This document shows, piece by piece, positions 8,735 through 17,588 of a DNA stretch of 47,929 bases. Under the pieces are notes generated by a model, which saw nothing but the letters and a program-made list of their open reading frames with translations, was not told where the DNA came from and did not search any database. Position 1 is the stretch's first letter; every line of letters starts with the position of its first letter. The position numbers and the translations under genes were made by a program. This stretch comes from Verrucomicrobiota bacterium (GTDB lineage: Bacteria; Verrucomicrobiota; Verrucomicrobiia; Methylacidiphilales; JBCBYL01): the NCBI GenBank assembly GCA_039815855.1, contig JBCBYL010000002.1:1-47929 (forward strand), given 5' to 3'.

Positions 8735-9688
8735 ATGTCTACTGAACCACCATCTGATCTTTCCATTTCCACATGTTGGAATTCTCACCGTCATGAGGAT
8801 GGTTGGGACCTCCTTTCTGAGCTCAAGGAACTGGGTTTCCATCAAGTCGAACTCAGCCACGGCATCCGGTTTAGTCTCTGGCCCGGAATTCTTAAAGCGG
8901 TAGAGGAAAAGCTGGTCAGTATCTCATCCTTACACAATTTTTGCCCTCTCCCTATGGGCTTTACCCGTGCCAATCCGAACTGCTATGAATTTTCTGATGA
9001 GCGGACTCGAGTTCGTCTCAGAGCCATCAAGCAGACAAAGGAAACGATCGATCATGCTTCCCGCTTTGGCGCGAAGGCCGTGGTTCTTCACTTGGGCTCC
9101 ACTGGCCAATCAAGAGCCACCGAGTCTCTCGAAGCACTTCTCAAAGCCGGAAAGCTCGGATCACGCCGCTTTGTCGAACTCAAACTTGCAGCCATTCAGG
9201 AGCACGAGGAGAAGATTCCAACTGTATCCCGACGGGTCAGGGAAGTGCTTGATGAAATTGTACCCCATGCGGAAAAGAAAGGTGTCATGTTGGGCTTTGA
9301 GTGCCGTGAGGAAATTGAGGAATTCCCCATCGATCATCTTTTTGAAGAATGGCTCGCGCGTTATCCGGACTCCGTGGTTGGATACTGGCATGATTTCGGC
9401 CACGCCGCACGTAAGGATGCGATTGGATTCATCGATCATGAGCAGCACCTGGATCGACTCGGATCGAAGTGTATCGGTTGCCATTTCCATGACTTTAAGT
9501 GGCCTGTGCGCGACCACTGCTGCCCGGGAAAGGGTGAAATTCCCTTTCATCAATATCTCCCTAAAATCCGTAAGGACGCCTTGAAGGTCCTGGAACTTTC
9601 TCCTCGCGTCAAATCAGAAGACGTCCAGTCTTGCCTCTCATGGTGGAACGCGCTGAGTCAGAACCTAAGTCAAACCGGTCCAAGCTGA
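8735..9688 (+). CDS. Sugar phosphate isomerase/epimerase (xylose isomerase-like TIM barrel) family protein
   Basis: About 317-aa ORF starting at ATG 8735, with an in-frame TTG at 8732. Family-like segments are GFHQVELSHG, AVVLHLGS, GFECRE and YWHDFGHA. Confidence 0.65.
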   Translation: MSTEPPSDLSISTCWNSHRHEDGWDLLSELKELGFHQVELSHGIRFSLWPGILKAVEEKLVSISSLHNFCPLPMGFTRANPNCYEFSDERTRVRLRAIKQTKETIDHASRFGAKAVVLHLGSTGQSRATESLEALLKAGKLGSRRFVELKLAAIQEHEEKIPTVSRRVREVLDEIVPHAEKKGVMLGFECREEIEEFPIDHLFEEWLARYPDSVVGYWHDFGHAARKDAIGFIDHEQHLDRLGSKCIGCHFHDFKWPVRDHCCPGKGEIPFHQYLPKIRKDALKVLELSPRVKSEDVQSCLSWWNALSQNLSQTGPS

Positions 9689-10680
9689 TCCGGTCCGTCC
9701 TGATCCGCTTTGCGGTCGTCGGCCTCCTCATCGGACTTGTGCTCGGAACAAATCAGTATGACTGGGAGGCCTTCGGTCAGGAATTTTCTAATGCCCATAC
9801 CGGCTGGCTGGTGGGCGCCTTTTTATTTGGCGGAGTGATCCATTTGACCGCCGCCTGGCGCTGGGTGGCCCTCCTCCGCGTCCAGGATATTGACCTTCCT
9901 TACCTGCGAGTGCTCAAGGTCAACCTCATCGGCTTCTTCTTTAATCAATTTTTGCCCAGCACCGTTGGTGGTGACGCCGTGAAAATTTTCTATGCCATGC
10001 GTCAGACTCCCGGGAAAAAGGCGAAAGCGGCCCTCTCCATGATCATGGACCGGGTACTGGGACTGCTTTCCATTCTGTGTGTCACTCTCATCCTGATTCC
10101 ATTTGAGTGGGAGCGGCTCAGTGCGGATCCGAATACAAAAACGATTTCACTGACTTTAGCCGTCATGCTTGGATGTCTGTTTATGGGACTTTTTGTGGCA
10201 GCCGTTTTCCCGCTCAACGTTCTTCCTCAGGCGATCAAGAACCTCTGGCCCAGGGTCCCGAAACGAGACATCTTTGAGACCCTCTATGAGGGCTTCCAAG
10301 CGCATAAACACTATCCCCTCAAGACCACGGTCGCGCTGGTTGCGGCGGTAGCCACGGTCATTCCCGTCCTTGGTTTGGGCAGCTTTATTTCTCATGCCCT
10401 CCATCTCGATATTGGGGTGGGACCGATGACGATCCTCTTTGCACTCGTGCTCTGTGCCATGAGTGTTCCTCTCCCCGGTGGTCACGGCATGAGAGAAGGC
10501 GCCTTTGTCCTCCTCTTCCCGATTTTCAATGTCACGCGGGATGGGATTCCGGTGGGTGATGAGACCGCATTAGCCTGCTCCACCCTCTTTTTAGCCATCA
10601 CCATTTTCTGGGCCTTGATCGGCGGGGGTATTTATTTGTTGTTTTCGCATCAGCTCAAAGCTGAAAATATTGAGCAGTGA
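9640..10680 (+). CDS. Flippase-like / lysylphosphatidylglycerol-synthase transmembrane-region family membrane protein
   Basis: Polytopic membrane ORF with the hallmark FFFNQFLPSTVGGDAVKIFY. The start is ATG 9640 (in-frame TTG at 9631), which overlaps the upstream gene. Confidence 0.6.
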   Translation: MVERAESEPKSNRSKLIRSVLIRFAVVGLLIGLVLGTNQYDWEAFGQEFSNAHTGWLVGAFLFGGVIHLTAAWRWVALLRVQDIDLPYLRVLKVNLIGFFFNQFLPSTVGGDAVKIFYAMRQTPGKKAKAALSMIMDRVLGLLSILCVTLILIPFEWERLSADPNTKTISLTLAVMLGCLFMGLFVAAVFPLNVLPQAIKNLWPRVPKRDIFETLYEGFQAHKHYPLKTTVALVAAVATVIPVLGLGSFISHALHLDIGVGPMTILFALVLCAMSVPLPGGHGMREGAFVLLFPIFNVTRDGIPVGDETALACSTLFLAITIFWALIGGGIYLLFSHQLKAENIEQ

Positions 10681-12008
10681 GTCTTTACGCCGGTGCTGAA
10701 TCCATTGTCCGCAAACTAAACGAGGCGGGCTTTACCACCTACTTTGCAGGTGGCTCCGTGCGCGATCAGCTCCTCGACCGGAAGAGCAAAGACATCGACA
10801 TTGCCACCAGCGCAACGCCGGAAGAGGTCCAGTCTCTTTTTCCCCGGACCACGGATTTGCAGGGAAAGGTCTTCGGCGTCATCCGTGTCATTGAAAACGA
10901 TCTCGTCTATGAGGTGGCCACCTTCCGGAAAGATGGAGCATATCAGGATGGCCGCCGTCCCACTGAGGTCGAGTTTTCCAATCCGGAAGAAGATGCCAAC
11001 CGGCGTGACTTCACCATCAATGGACTTTTTTATGATCCAGTGGAAAAGAAAGTCATCGACTTCGTAGGTGGCCAGGATGACTTAAAAACGAAAACGCTCC
11101 GAGCCATCGGAGATCCAGAAGCACGTTTCCGTGAAGACCACCTACGCCTCTATCGGGCCATCCGCTTCGCTGCAGAATTCGATTTCGAAATCGAGGAGCT
11201 GACTTGGAAGAAAATTTGTGATTTATCTCACCTCGGAGGCGACCTGGCTCCTGAACGCGTCCGCGATGAAATGATCAAATCCCTCACCGGTTCCAATCCA
11301 CTGCGCGCCTTCGATCTGCTCGATCGATCCGGCCTCTTCGCGCCCTGGATCCCGGAAATCGCTGAAATGAAAGGAGTGGAACAACCTCCTCAGTTTCATC
11401 CTGAGGGGGATGTCTTCGTCCACGTCCGGATGATGGTCGGGATGCTGAACAATCCGGACCCTGTGCTCGCTCTCTCAGTCCTTCTTCATGATATCTCTAA
11501 ACCGGAGACCTACAGTGTCGACCCCGACGGCAGGATCCGCTTTACCGGACACGAAACGAAAGGCGCCCGAAAGTCAGAAGACATCTTGAGACGACTAAAA
11601 TGCTCCAATGAGCTCATCGAATCCGTCAGTGCCTGCGTGGCGAATCACATGGCGTTTAAGGACGTTCCGGATATGCGGGTTTCCACCCTGAAGCGGTTCA
11701 TGGCCCGACCCTGGATCGAGACCGAGCTGGAACTCCATCGCATCGACTGCACCTGCAGCCACGGCGACTTGGAAATTTACGATTTCCTCCTCGAGAAAAT
11801 CGAAGAATTTTCGAATCAAGAAATCAAACCGGACCCCTTCGTCAACGGGCGCGACTTAATCTCGATGGGAATGAAGCCCGGCCAGGAAATCGGCAAAGTC
11901 CTCACTCAACTCTACGATGAACAGCTAGAAGGAAAATTCCTCAGTCGGGATATCGCCCTCCAACGAGCCAACAGCCTCGTCCAGGCGACCTACGGCCCCG
12001 CAGCTTAA
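10677..12008 (+). CDS. cca: CCA tRNA nucleotidyltransferase (polyA polymerase head domain plus HD domain)
   Basis: 443-aa ORF with GGSVRDQLLDRKSKDIDIAT, RRDFTINGLFYD, and a C-terminal HD-type segment (LLHDISKP, GHETKG). The GTG start overlaps the upstream stop (GTGA). Confidence 0.85.
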   Translation: MSLYAGAESIVRKLNEAGFTTYFAGGSVRDQLLDRKSKDIDIATSATPEEVQSLFPRTTDLQGKVFGVIRVIENDLVYEVATFRKDGAYQDGRRPTEVEFSNPEEDANRRDFTINGLFYDPVEKKVIDFVGGQDDLKTKTLRAIGDPEARFREDHLRLYRAIRFAAEFDFEIEELTWKKICDLSHLGGDLAPERVRDEMIKSLTGSNPLRAFDLLDRSGLFAPWIPEIAEMKGVEQPPQFHPEGDVFVHVRMMVGMLNNPDPVLALSVLLHDISKPETYSVDPDGRIRFTGHETKGARKSEDILRRLKCSNELIESVSACVANHMAFKDVPDMRVSTLKRFMARPWIETELELHRIDCTCSHGDLEIYDFLLEKIEEFSNQEIKPDPFVNGRDLISMGMKPGQEIGKVLTQLYDEQLEGKFLSRDIALQRANSLVQATYGPAA

Positions 12009-12050
12009 CCTAAGCGATTCCACCCGCTACCTGCACGAATTACCAATCCC

Positions 12051-14684
12051 ATGATTGCAGATGAGCTCAGCCAGAAGATTCAAGTCGTCATTCCTGCTTA
12101 TAACGAAGAAGCATCTCTCCCCATCGTTCTCAAAGAACTCAAAACACTAGGACTCCATCGAATCCGGGTCGTGGATAATGGGAGCCAGGACCGGACTCGG
12201 GATGTTGCGCGTGAACATGGAGCAGAAGTCATTTCTGAAAACAAACGCGGTTACGGACAAGCTTGCTGGACCGGGTCCCAGAACTTGGATGATCAGGTCG
12301 AGTGGCTTCTCTTCTGTGATGGGGATGGCTCTGACGACCTCACATCTGTCCTCGATTGGGCCCATCAGCTGGATGACTACGACTTCATCCTCGCCAACCG
12401 TCAGGCCACCCCTGAAGGAAAAAAAGAGCTCAGTCCCGTACAAGCGTTTGGCAGTGCCTTATCCGGAACACTCATTGGCCTGGGCTGGGGCCGGTTCTTC
12501 TCAGACCTCGGCCCGATGCGGATGATCCGACGAAATTCCTATGAAGAATTACAAATGAAGGATCGAGGCTTCGGTTGGACTGTGGAAATGCAGGCACGTG
12601 CAGTTGAGAACGGGCTACGAGTCAAAGAAGCCCCTTCTGGATATCGCCCCCGTCAGGCCGGGTCTTCTAAGATATCAGGGACGATCAAAGGCAGCTTCAA
12701 AGCGGGCACCATTATTCTCTCTACTCTGGGTAAACTCTGGTGGCAGAAAAAAACACCCTCTGTTGGGCTTCCTCTTTTTTTCATGTTCCTCGGAACACTC
12801 CTCTTACTTCCCTACAGCAATCTTCTCATTCCCGGCAATGCCCCACCCTTCCTGCTCGGGTGTGGCCTCCTTCTAGCAGGCTGGCTAGGAAGCTTAAGGG
12901 CCAGAAAGATCAAACAAACGACCTTCTGGATTGTAGCCATCGGAATTCGACTCCTTCTCCTTCCGGCTGAGCCCGGTGATGACATCTGGCGCTATCTCTG
13001 GGAAGGATCTATCCAGGCAGAGGGATTTAGCCCCTACGTTCATCCTCCTTCCTCGCCCGAACTGGAGCACTTGCGCAGCGAAATCTGGTCCGGCATTAAC
13101 CATAAAGAGGTCACAGCGGTTTACCCCCCATTGACTCAACTTATTTTCAGGTTGGTTGCTCAGCTTTCCCTGAGTGTGTGTGCATTCAAGCTGCTCTTCA
13201 TCGCCGCTGACCTGCTGATCTGTTGGAGGTTGCTTCAATTTCTACCGACTAGGAAAGCGATCATCTATGCCTGGTGCCCCGCTGTGCTTTATTCCTTTGC
13301 GGCTGGAGGGCATTACGACAGTCTTTTTCTGCTTCCTCTCGCTTTTGCTGCATTTCTCCCGTCGCTTTCCAGCCCTAGCAATCGATTCCTCTCTCTGCAG
13401 TCTCTGCTCATTGGTGTCAGTGTTGCCCTGAAGTGGGTCTCTGCCCCTTTGATGGTATGGGTCCTGTATCAAAGCTGGAAGCGGGGTGGCTTGAAACTCG
13501 TCATCTCCCAATGCCTCGTCTCTATTATCCCTTTGCTATTCTCCGCCTTCCTCTTTTTCACGTTCATTCCGGAGGTTCCACGCTGGCCGGAAGAATTTAC
13601 CCAAGTGGCACGCAGTGCAGAATTCCTTCCCTGGCTAGTCGGTATGGGTTGGGAGTGGTCAACGAGCAATAACTGGATTTTCCTATTCCCCATCATCATC
13701 GCCATCTTTGCAGGAGTCTTCCGCTTCCGCTCTTTCACGGACTACGCGGGCTACTTTTTTCTCATTCTGCTCATCTGCTCTCCAGCCTTTCATTTTTGGT
13801 ACGTTTGCTGGCCTCTTCTCTTTTTTGCCCGACGTCCCAACCCTTTCATGATGACCGCCGCGGTCACCGCCTTCCTCTACTTTCTACTACCCCACCGCTA
13901 CAGTGTTCTGGGAGAAGGGGCGCCGGAGGCCTGGCACCTCTATCCGCTTGAGCGCCTTACCCTCTGGGCACCTTTCATCGGAGCCCTCTTGGTTCATTGG
14001 AGCTTCGCAGCTAAACCCCCGCGCCTCCTTGTCATGCTGAAGGAACCCGTTCCAGGTCAGGTGAAAACACGGCTCGCGAAGTCAATTGGCCCAGAAAATG
14101 CCTGCCAAGTTTATCGAGCACTGGTTGAACAACAAATCCAACACATTCCGGATCACTGGGTGACCGCGATCCACTATGCTCCTGCTGAAGCAGAAACTTC
14201 GATGAAACACTGGCTTAGCCCCTCTCCCCATTACGTTCCCCAAAGCGAGGGAGACCTCGGAGAAAGACTGATCCATGCTGGACGCGCCGAGTCCAGGCAC
14301 GGATCACCGGTCATGATGATTGGCGGAGATTGCCCCGGGCTAAGCACAACGGTTTTAGAGGAAGCGGAAAAGGCTCTTCAGGAAGTGGATCTTTATCTCG
14401 TCCCCGCCACTGATGGCGGCTATGTCCTCATTGCCTTTAAGACCTTTAATGAACGTCTCTTTCAGGGAATTGAATGGAGTAGCCCGCGCGTTCTGGAGCA
14501 GACCCTGGAACAGGTGAGAGAACAAGATCTCACTTATCGCCTCGCAGCACCGCTCACTGACATAGATGATATCGAATCCTGGAAAGAAGCGTCTCAGTCA
14601 GGAGATCTGAATTGGTTTGAGCCTAAGATGAAACAGGAGCTGGACTCATTGACTCAGTCAACCAGCCAGGCGTCACAATGTTGA
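12051..14684 (+). CDS. Three-domain fusion: GT2 glycosyltransferase, polytopic GT-C/DUF2029-like membrane domain, and DUF2064 (TIGR04282-like) transferase
   Basis: 877 aa. The N-terminus has VVIPAYNEEASLPIVL and CDGDGSDD (GT2, DPM1-like), about nt 12051-12740. The middle has more than 10 predicted TM helices and PGDDIWRYLWEGSIQAEGFSPY (DxxxY...G.sPY loop of GT-C/DUF2029 enzymes), about nt 12750-14010. The C-terminus has LLVMLKEPVPGQVKTRLAKSIG...IGGDCPG...DGGYVLI (DUF2064), about nt 14020-14684. Confidence 0.75.
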   Translation: MIADELSQKIQVVIPAYNEEASLPIVLKELKTLGLHRIRVVDNGSQDRTRDVAREHGAEVISENKRGYGQACWTGSQNLDDQVEWLLFCDGDGSDDLTSVLDWAHQLDDYDFILANRQATPEGKKELSPVQAFGSALSGTLIGLGWGRFFSDLGPMRMIRRNSYEELQMKDRGFGWTVEMQARAVENGLRVKEAPSGYRPRQAGSSKISGTIKGSFKAGTIILSTLGKLWWQKKTPSVGLPLFFMFLGTLLLLPYSNLLIPGNAPPFLLGCGLLLAGWLGSLRARKIKQTTFWIVAIGIRLLLLPAEPGDDIWRYLWEGSIQAEGFSPYVHPPSSPELEHLRSEIWSGINHKEVTAVYPPLTQLIFRLVAQLSLSVCAFKLLFIAADLLICWRLLQFLPTRKAIIYAWCPAVLYSFAAGGHYDSLFLLPLAFAAFLPSLSSPSNRFLSLQSLLIGVSVALKWVSAPLMVWVLYQSWKRGGLKLVISQCLVSIIPLLFSAFLFFTFIPEVPRWPEEFTQVARSAEFLPWLVGMGWEWSTSNNWIFLFPIIIAIFAGVFRFRSFTDYAGYFFLILLICSPAFHFWYVCWPLLFFARRPNPFMMTAAVTAFLYFLLPHRYSVLGEGAPEAWHLYPLERLTLWAPFIGALLVHWSFAAKPPRLLVMLKEPVPGQVKTRLAKSIGPENACQVYRALVEQQIQHIPDHWVTAIHYAPAEAETSMKHWLSPSPHYVPQSEGDLGERLIHAGRAESRHGSPVMMIGGDCPGLSTTVLEEAEKALQEVDLYLVPATDGGYVLIAFKTFNERLFQGIEWSSPRVLEQTLEQVREQDLTYRLAAPLTDIDDIESWKEASQSGDLNWFEPKMKQELDSLTQSTSQASQC

Positions 14685-15972
14685 TCCTCGATCCGAGACG
14701 GGCCAATAAGCCATACAGACCAAAATAAGCCCGATTCACATAAACTGAATGGCGGGAGCCTCTCTGGCCTGACATCTTTTTCAAGGTCGGATGTGACCGA
14801 TTGGCTTCCCCTTGCTCATAGATGGCATCCATGAATCCGGGCTCACCAAAGTCGAAACGTTCATAGCGGAAAGGCTTCGCTAGCACTTCTAAGGTAGGAA
14901 TAATTAATTCCATCAAAGAACGCCGCTCCTCATCCGTATCATTCGGGAGCAGAACATTCAGGGCATTGAGTGCCTTTTCCAATTCCTCCTGGTTCTGAGT
15001 CAAAGAAGGATCGAGGAATCTAAAATTCTTATAATAGAAATCATCACCTAATTGTTTTGTGCAGCCGAAATCGATCGCCCAAAGTTCCTGACCTTGGACA
15101 AGGAAATTCCCAGGGTGAGGATCTGCATGGAACAGGCGAAGCTCGTGGATCTGATAATCATAAAAATCCCAGAGTGCCTGGCCTACCCGGTCTCTGTCCT
15201 CCTGACTGGCATCTGAATCTGCAAATTTGTCTAATGTCGTCCCATCGATCCAGTCCATGGTCAGGACACGTTTGGATGATAATTCAGGATAATATCGAGG
15301 AAACCGGAGGTTGTGGATATGCTGGCAGGATTGGGACAGGTCCTGTGAGCGCTCGAGTTCCAGTTCGTAATCCGTTTCTTCAAACAGGCGTTCTTCTACT
15401 TCTTGAAAATATTGGGAAACATCCGACTCTTTGACTCCCATGATCTGGAGTGCGATCGGCTTCACCACTGCGAGGTCAGACTTCAGACTGGTAGCCACTC
15501 CGGGATATTGAACTTTCACCGCATAGTCGTGATCTCCCTTGCGCGCAAGATGGACTTGACCAATGGAGGCACCCGAGGACGCCTCCGTTGCAAATTCATC
15601 AAACAGCTCGCTGGGTGATCGACCAAACTCGCGCTTAAACGTCCGCACGACGAGTGGGTATGAGAGCGGTGGAGCAGAATATTGAGCCTGGGAAAATTCC
15701 TGTGCGTAGGGCCCGGGCAACAAGTTCTGATCGATGCTGAGCATCTGGGCCATCTTGAGCGGCCCCCCTTTCAGTTCACTGAATGTCTTATAAACCACTT
15801 CAGCATTCTCTTTATGGAGGTCATCAAGATCGGCTTCACCGCGGATTGATTTTTTTCCATAGTGCTTGAGATAATTCATGCCGACTTGAGCACCGGTGCC
15901 CACTAGCTGGGCAGAACGACCAAGTTTACCGGAAGTAATGGACTTCTGACCCTGATGCGAAGCTTCAGACAT
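14623..15972 (-). CDS. ABC1/UbiB-family atypical kinase
   Basis: 449-aa ORF with SGASIGQVHLARKGDHDYAVKVQYPGV and FHADPHPGNFLV, both characteristic of ABC1 kinases. Confidence 0.85.
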   Translation of the reverse strand: MSEASHQGQKSITSGKLGRSAQLVGTGAQVGMNYLKHYGKKSIRGEADLDDLHKENAEVVYKTFSELKGGPLKMAQMLSIDQNLLPGPYAQEFSQAQYSAPPLSYPLVVRTFKREFGRSPSELFDEFATEASSGASIGQVHLARKGDHDYAVKVQYPGVATSLKSDLAVVKPIALQIMGVKESDVSQYFQEVEERLFEETDYELELERSQDLSQSCQHIHNLRFPRYYPELSSKRVLTMDWIDGTTLDKFADSDASQEDRDRVGQALWDFYDYQIHELRLFHADPHPGNFLVQGQELWAIDFGCTKQLGDDFYYKNFRFLDPSLTQNQEELEKALNALNVLLPNDTDEERRSLMELIIPTLEVLAKPFRYERFDFGEPGFMDAIYEQGEANRSHPTLKKMSGQRGSRHSVYVNRAYFGLYGLLARLGSRINIVTPGWLTESMSPAPVSS

Positions 15973-15973
15973 A

Positions 15974-16639
15974 TTAGGAGCAGCTTGCTTTTTCAGAGAA
16001 CGGCGACTTCCATTTCATGTCTGGAACCAGAAAGCGTGCTAAATCAATTGCACTATCCAGAGCCTGAGTACGGACGACATCGAAGGCCAACTTCACTGAC
16101 TTCTCAATGTAAGCATCCGTGCGCTCATATTGCTCACTGTCATCTTTCAAATTGAAATCAATGATACTGCGGAACATCAGGTAAAATCCATCCGGATAAA
16201 CGTCAGAGACTTTACCGCGTCCTGCCACTTCACCACTTTCTCGGCCATGCTCGATAATGCGTTTGATGAAACTCCGGTATTCTTCTTCAAAGCCTTTTAA
16301 CCAGACGGGGCGCTTCCAGAGATCGAGGTCTTTAAATCGGGTCAGCATATTGCTGCGATGATCTAAAATCGCTTCGTTAAAGGCGTAATAAAAAGTGAGC
16401 AATCTTTGTTGAGCAGAAAACTTGGCAAACTCATCACCTGATTCGATCGCTTCGATAACACCTTTAATGATGGACCGCCAATATGACTTCTCGACGACAT
16501 CGAAAGAAGCAAAGTTCTGGTAGAACTCACGTTCACTGATTTCCATCTCACGACAAAATTGCGGCACCGACTCAGGCGCTTTGGCATTTTCACGCAGTTG
16601 GTAGGAGTAATGCTCGAGGATGAGTTCTTTGAGTTCCAT
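15974..16639 (-). CDS. TetR/AcrR-like transcriptional regulator (putative)
   Basis: 221-aa ORF. The N-terminal PESVPQFCREMEISEREFYQNFASFD resembles the TetR HTH segment. Its stop is 1 nt from the ABC1 kinase start, which suggests an operon. Confidence 0.5.
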   Translation of the reverse strand: MELKELILEHYSYQLRENAKAPESVPQFCREMEISEREFYQNFASFDVVEKSYWRSIIKGVIEAIESGDEFAKFSAQQRLLTFYYAFNEAILDHRSNMLTRFKDLDLWKRPVWLKGFEEEYRSFIKRIIEHGRESGEVAGRGKVSDVYPDGFYLMFRSIIDFNLKDDSEQYERTDAYIEKSVKLAFDVVRTQALDSAIDLARFLVPDMKWKSPFSEKASCS

Positions 16640-16685
16640 TTCTGTATTGTAACCTGATGCCTAAGGTACGCAAATGGGAAGAAAG

Positions 16686-17531
16686 CTAGAGTCCTTGCTG
16701 CGCCTCAGATAGTTTTGGACGCTCAAATTGATTCGAAGTGGATTGGGCGCCACCAATCTTAAATGATCCATCTGATTGAGCCACAAATTGTGGTGCTCGG
16801 CCTTGAATTTGCTGATAATCATCGCTCTTCACTAATTTTCCTCCTGCGGTGAGCATCGAATGGGTGTGAACCGTCGAATTACTGATGTGCAAGACATGGA
16901 AATTACCATTCTTATCAAACATGGCTTTGGGCTCAGTATAACCTACGAGCGGACCTAAGCGAGTCGTTCCGTAAACGAGCCGCTGTTCCGGCTCCTCCAC
17001 TCTGCTGTAAAGGTATAGTTGTTCTCCCTCGATAAAAAGGTGAAGCGAATATTCGCGCGATACTCCGTCGATCAACTGGCTTTCACTCCAAATCTCCTGT
17101 CCCTTGCCGATATAAAAGCGGAGAGGCGAAGTTAAAACCGTTCTTCCTCCGGGGATTTTAACCGAAACTTTGACATCATACTGGCCGGTCGAGCGTAACT
17201 GATAGAGAGGAATCAGGTTTACCGCCAGGGCTTTGGATTCCCCGGGTTCCAGAATAAGGTCCGGCATCGATTTTCCCGGGATACTGCGCACTCTCCTTTC
17301 GCTTGAATCGAAGATCAGGAAATTAAGCCATGGATTGATGCCAGTATCCCCATCACTGAGAGCCAGGGGGATATCCCCATCATTGGACAGCTGCACCGTA
17401 TAAACCACCGGCTCATAGAGCAAATAGGAGTCACGATCCGCTTGGATTCTGACAGACAACTGAGCGTGAAGGTCCGTTGCCGCCAACCCGATGACCGCAA
17501 GTGACAAACATACAAGAAAAAGGTTCTTCAT
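16686..17531 (-). CDS. Secreted hypothetical protein
   Basis: 281-aa ORF with a clear signal peptide, MKNLFLVCLSLAVIGLAATDLHAQ. I recognise no family. Confidence 0.6.
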   Translation of the reverse strand: MKNLFLVCLSLAVIGLAATDLHAQLSVRIQADRDSYLLYEPVVYTVQLSNDGDIPLALSDGDTGINPWLNFLIFDSSERRVRSIPGKSMPDLILEPGESKALAVNLIPLYQLRSTGQYDVKVSVKIPGGRTVLTSPLRFYIGKGQEIWSESQLIDGVSREYSLHLFIEGEQLYLYSRVEEPEQRLVYGTTRLGPLVGYTEPKAMFDKNGNFHVLHISNSTVHTHSMLTAGGKLVKSDDYQQIQGRAPQFVAQSDGSFKIGGAQSTSNQFERPKLSEAQQGL

Positions 17532-17556
17532 CTATTGAAGATAGATGAAGAACCTT
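17520..17556 (-). terminator. Perfect 16-bp hairpin (terminator-like) that includes the start codon of the downstream gene
   Basis: On the - strand the sequence is aaggttcttcatctat-cttca-atagatgaagaacctt followed by tttcttgt. The 3' arm contains ATG AAG AAC CTT, the first codons of the 16686..17531 gene. It lies 33 nt after the stop of the 17589..18389 gene. Confidence 0.6.
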
Positions 17557-17588
17557 AATCCAACAAGATTCCTATTCAGGAACTTGAC

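Noticed and set aside
8967-9584. 205-aa + strand ORF in an alternative frame of the TIM-barrel gene
   Set aside because: The overlapping frame at 8735..9688 carries the family motifs. The alternative frame is Arg/Ser/Pro-rich with no recognisable features.
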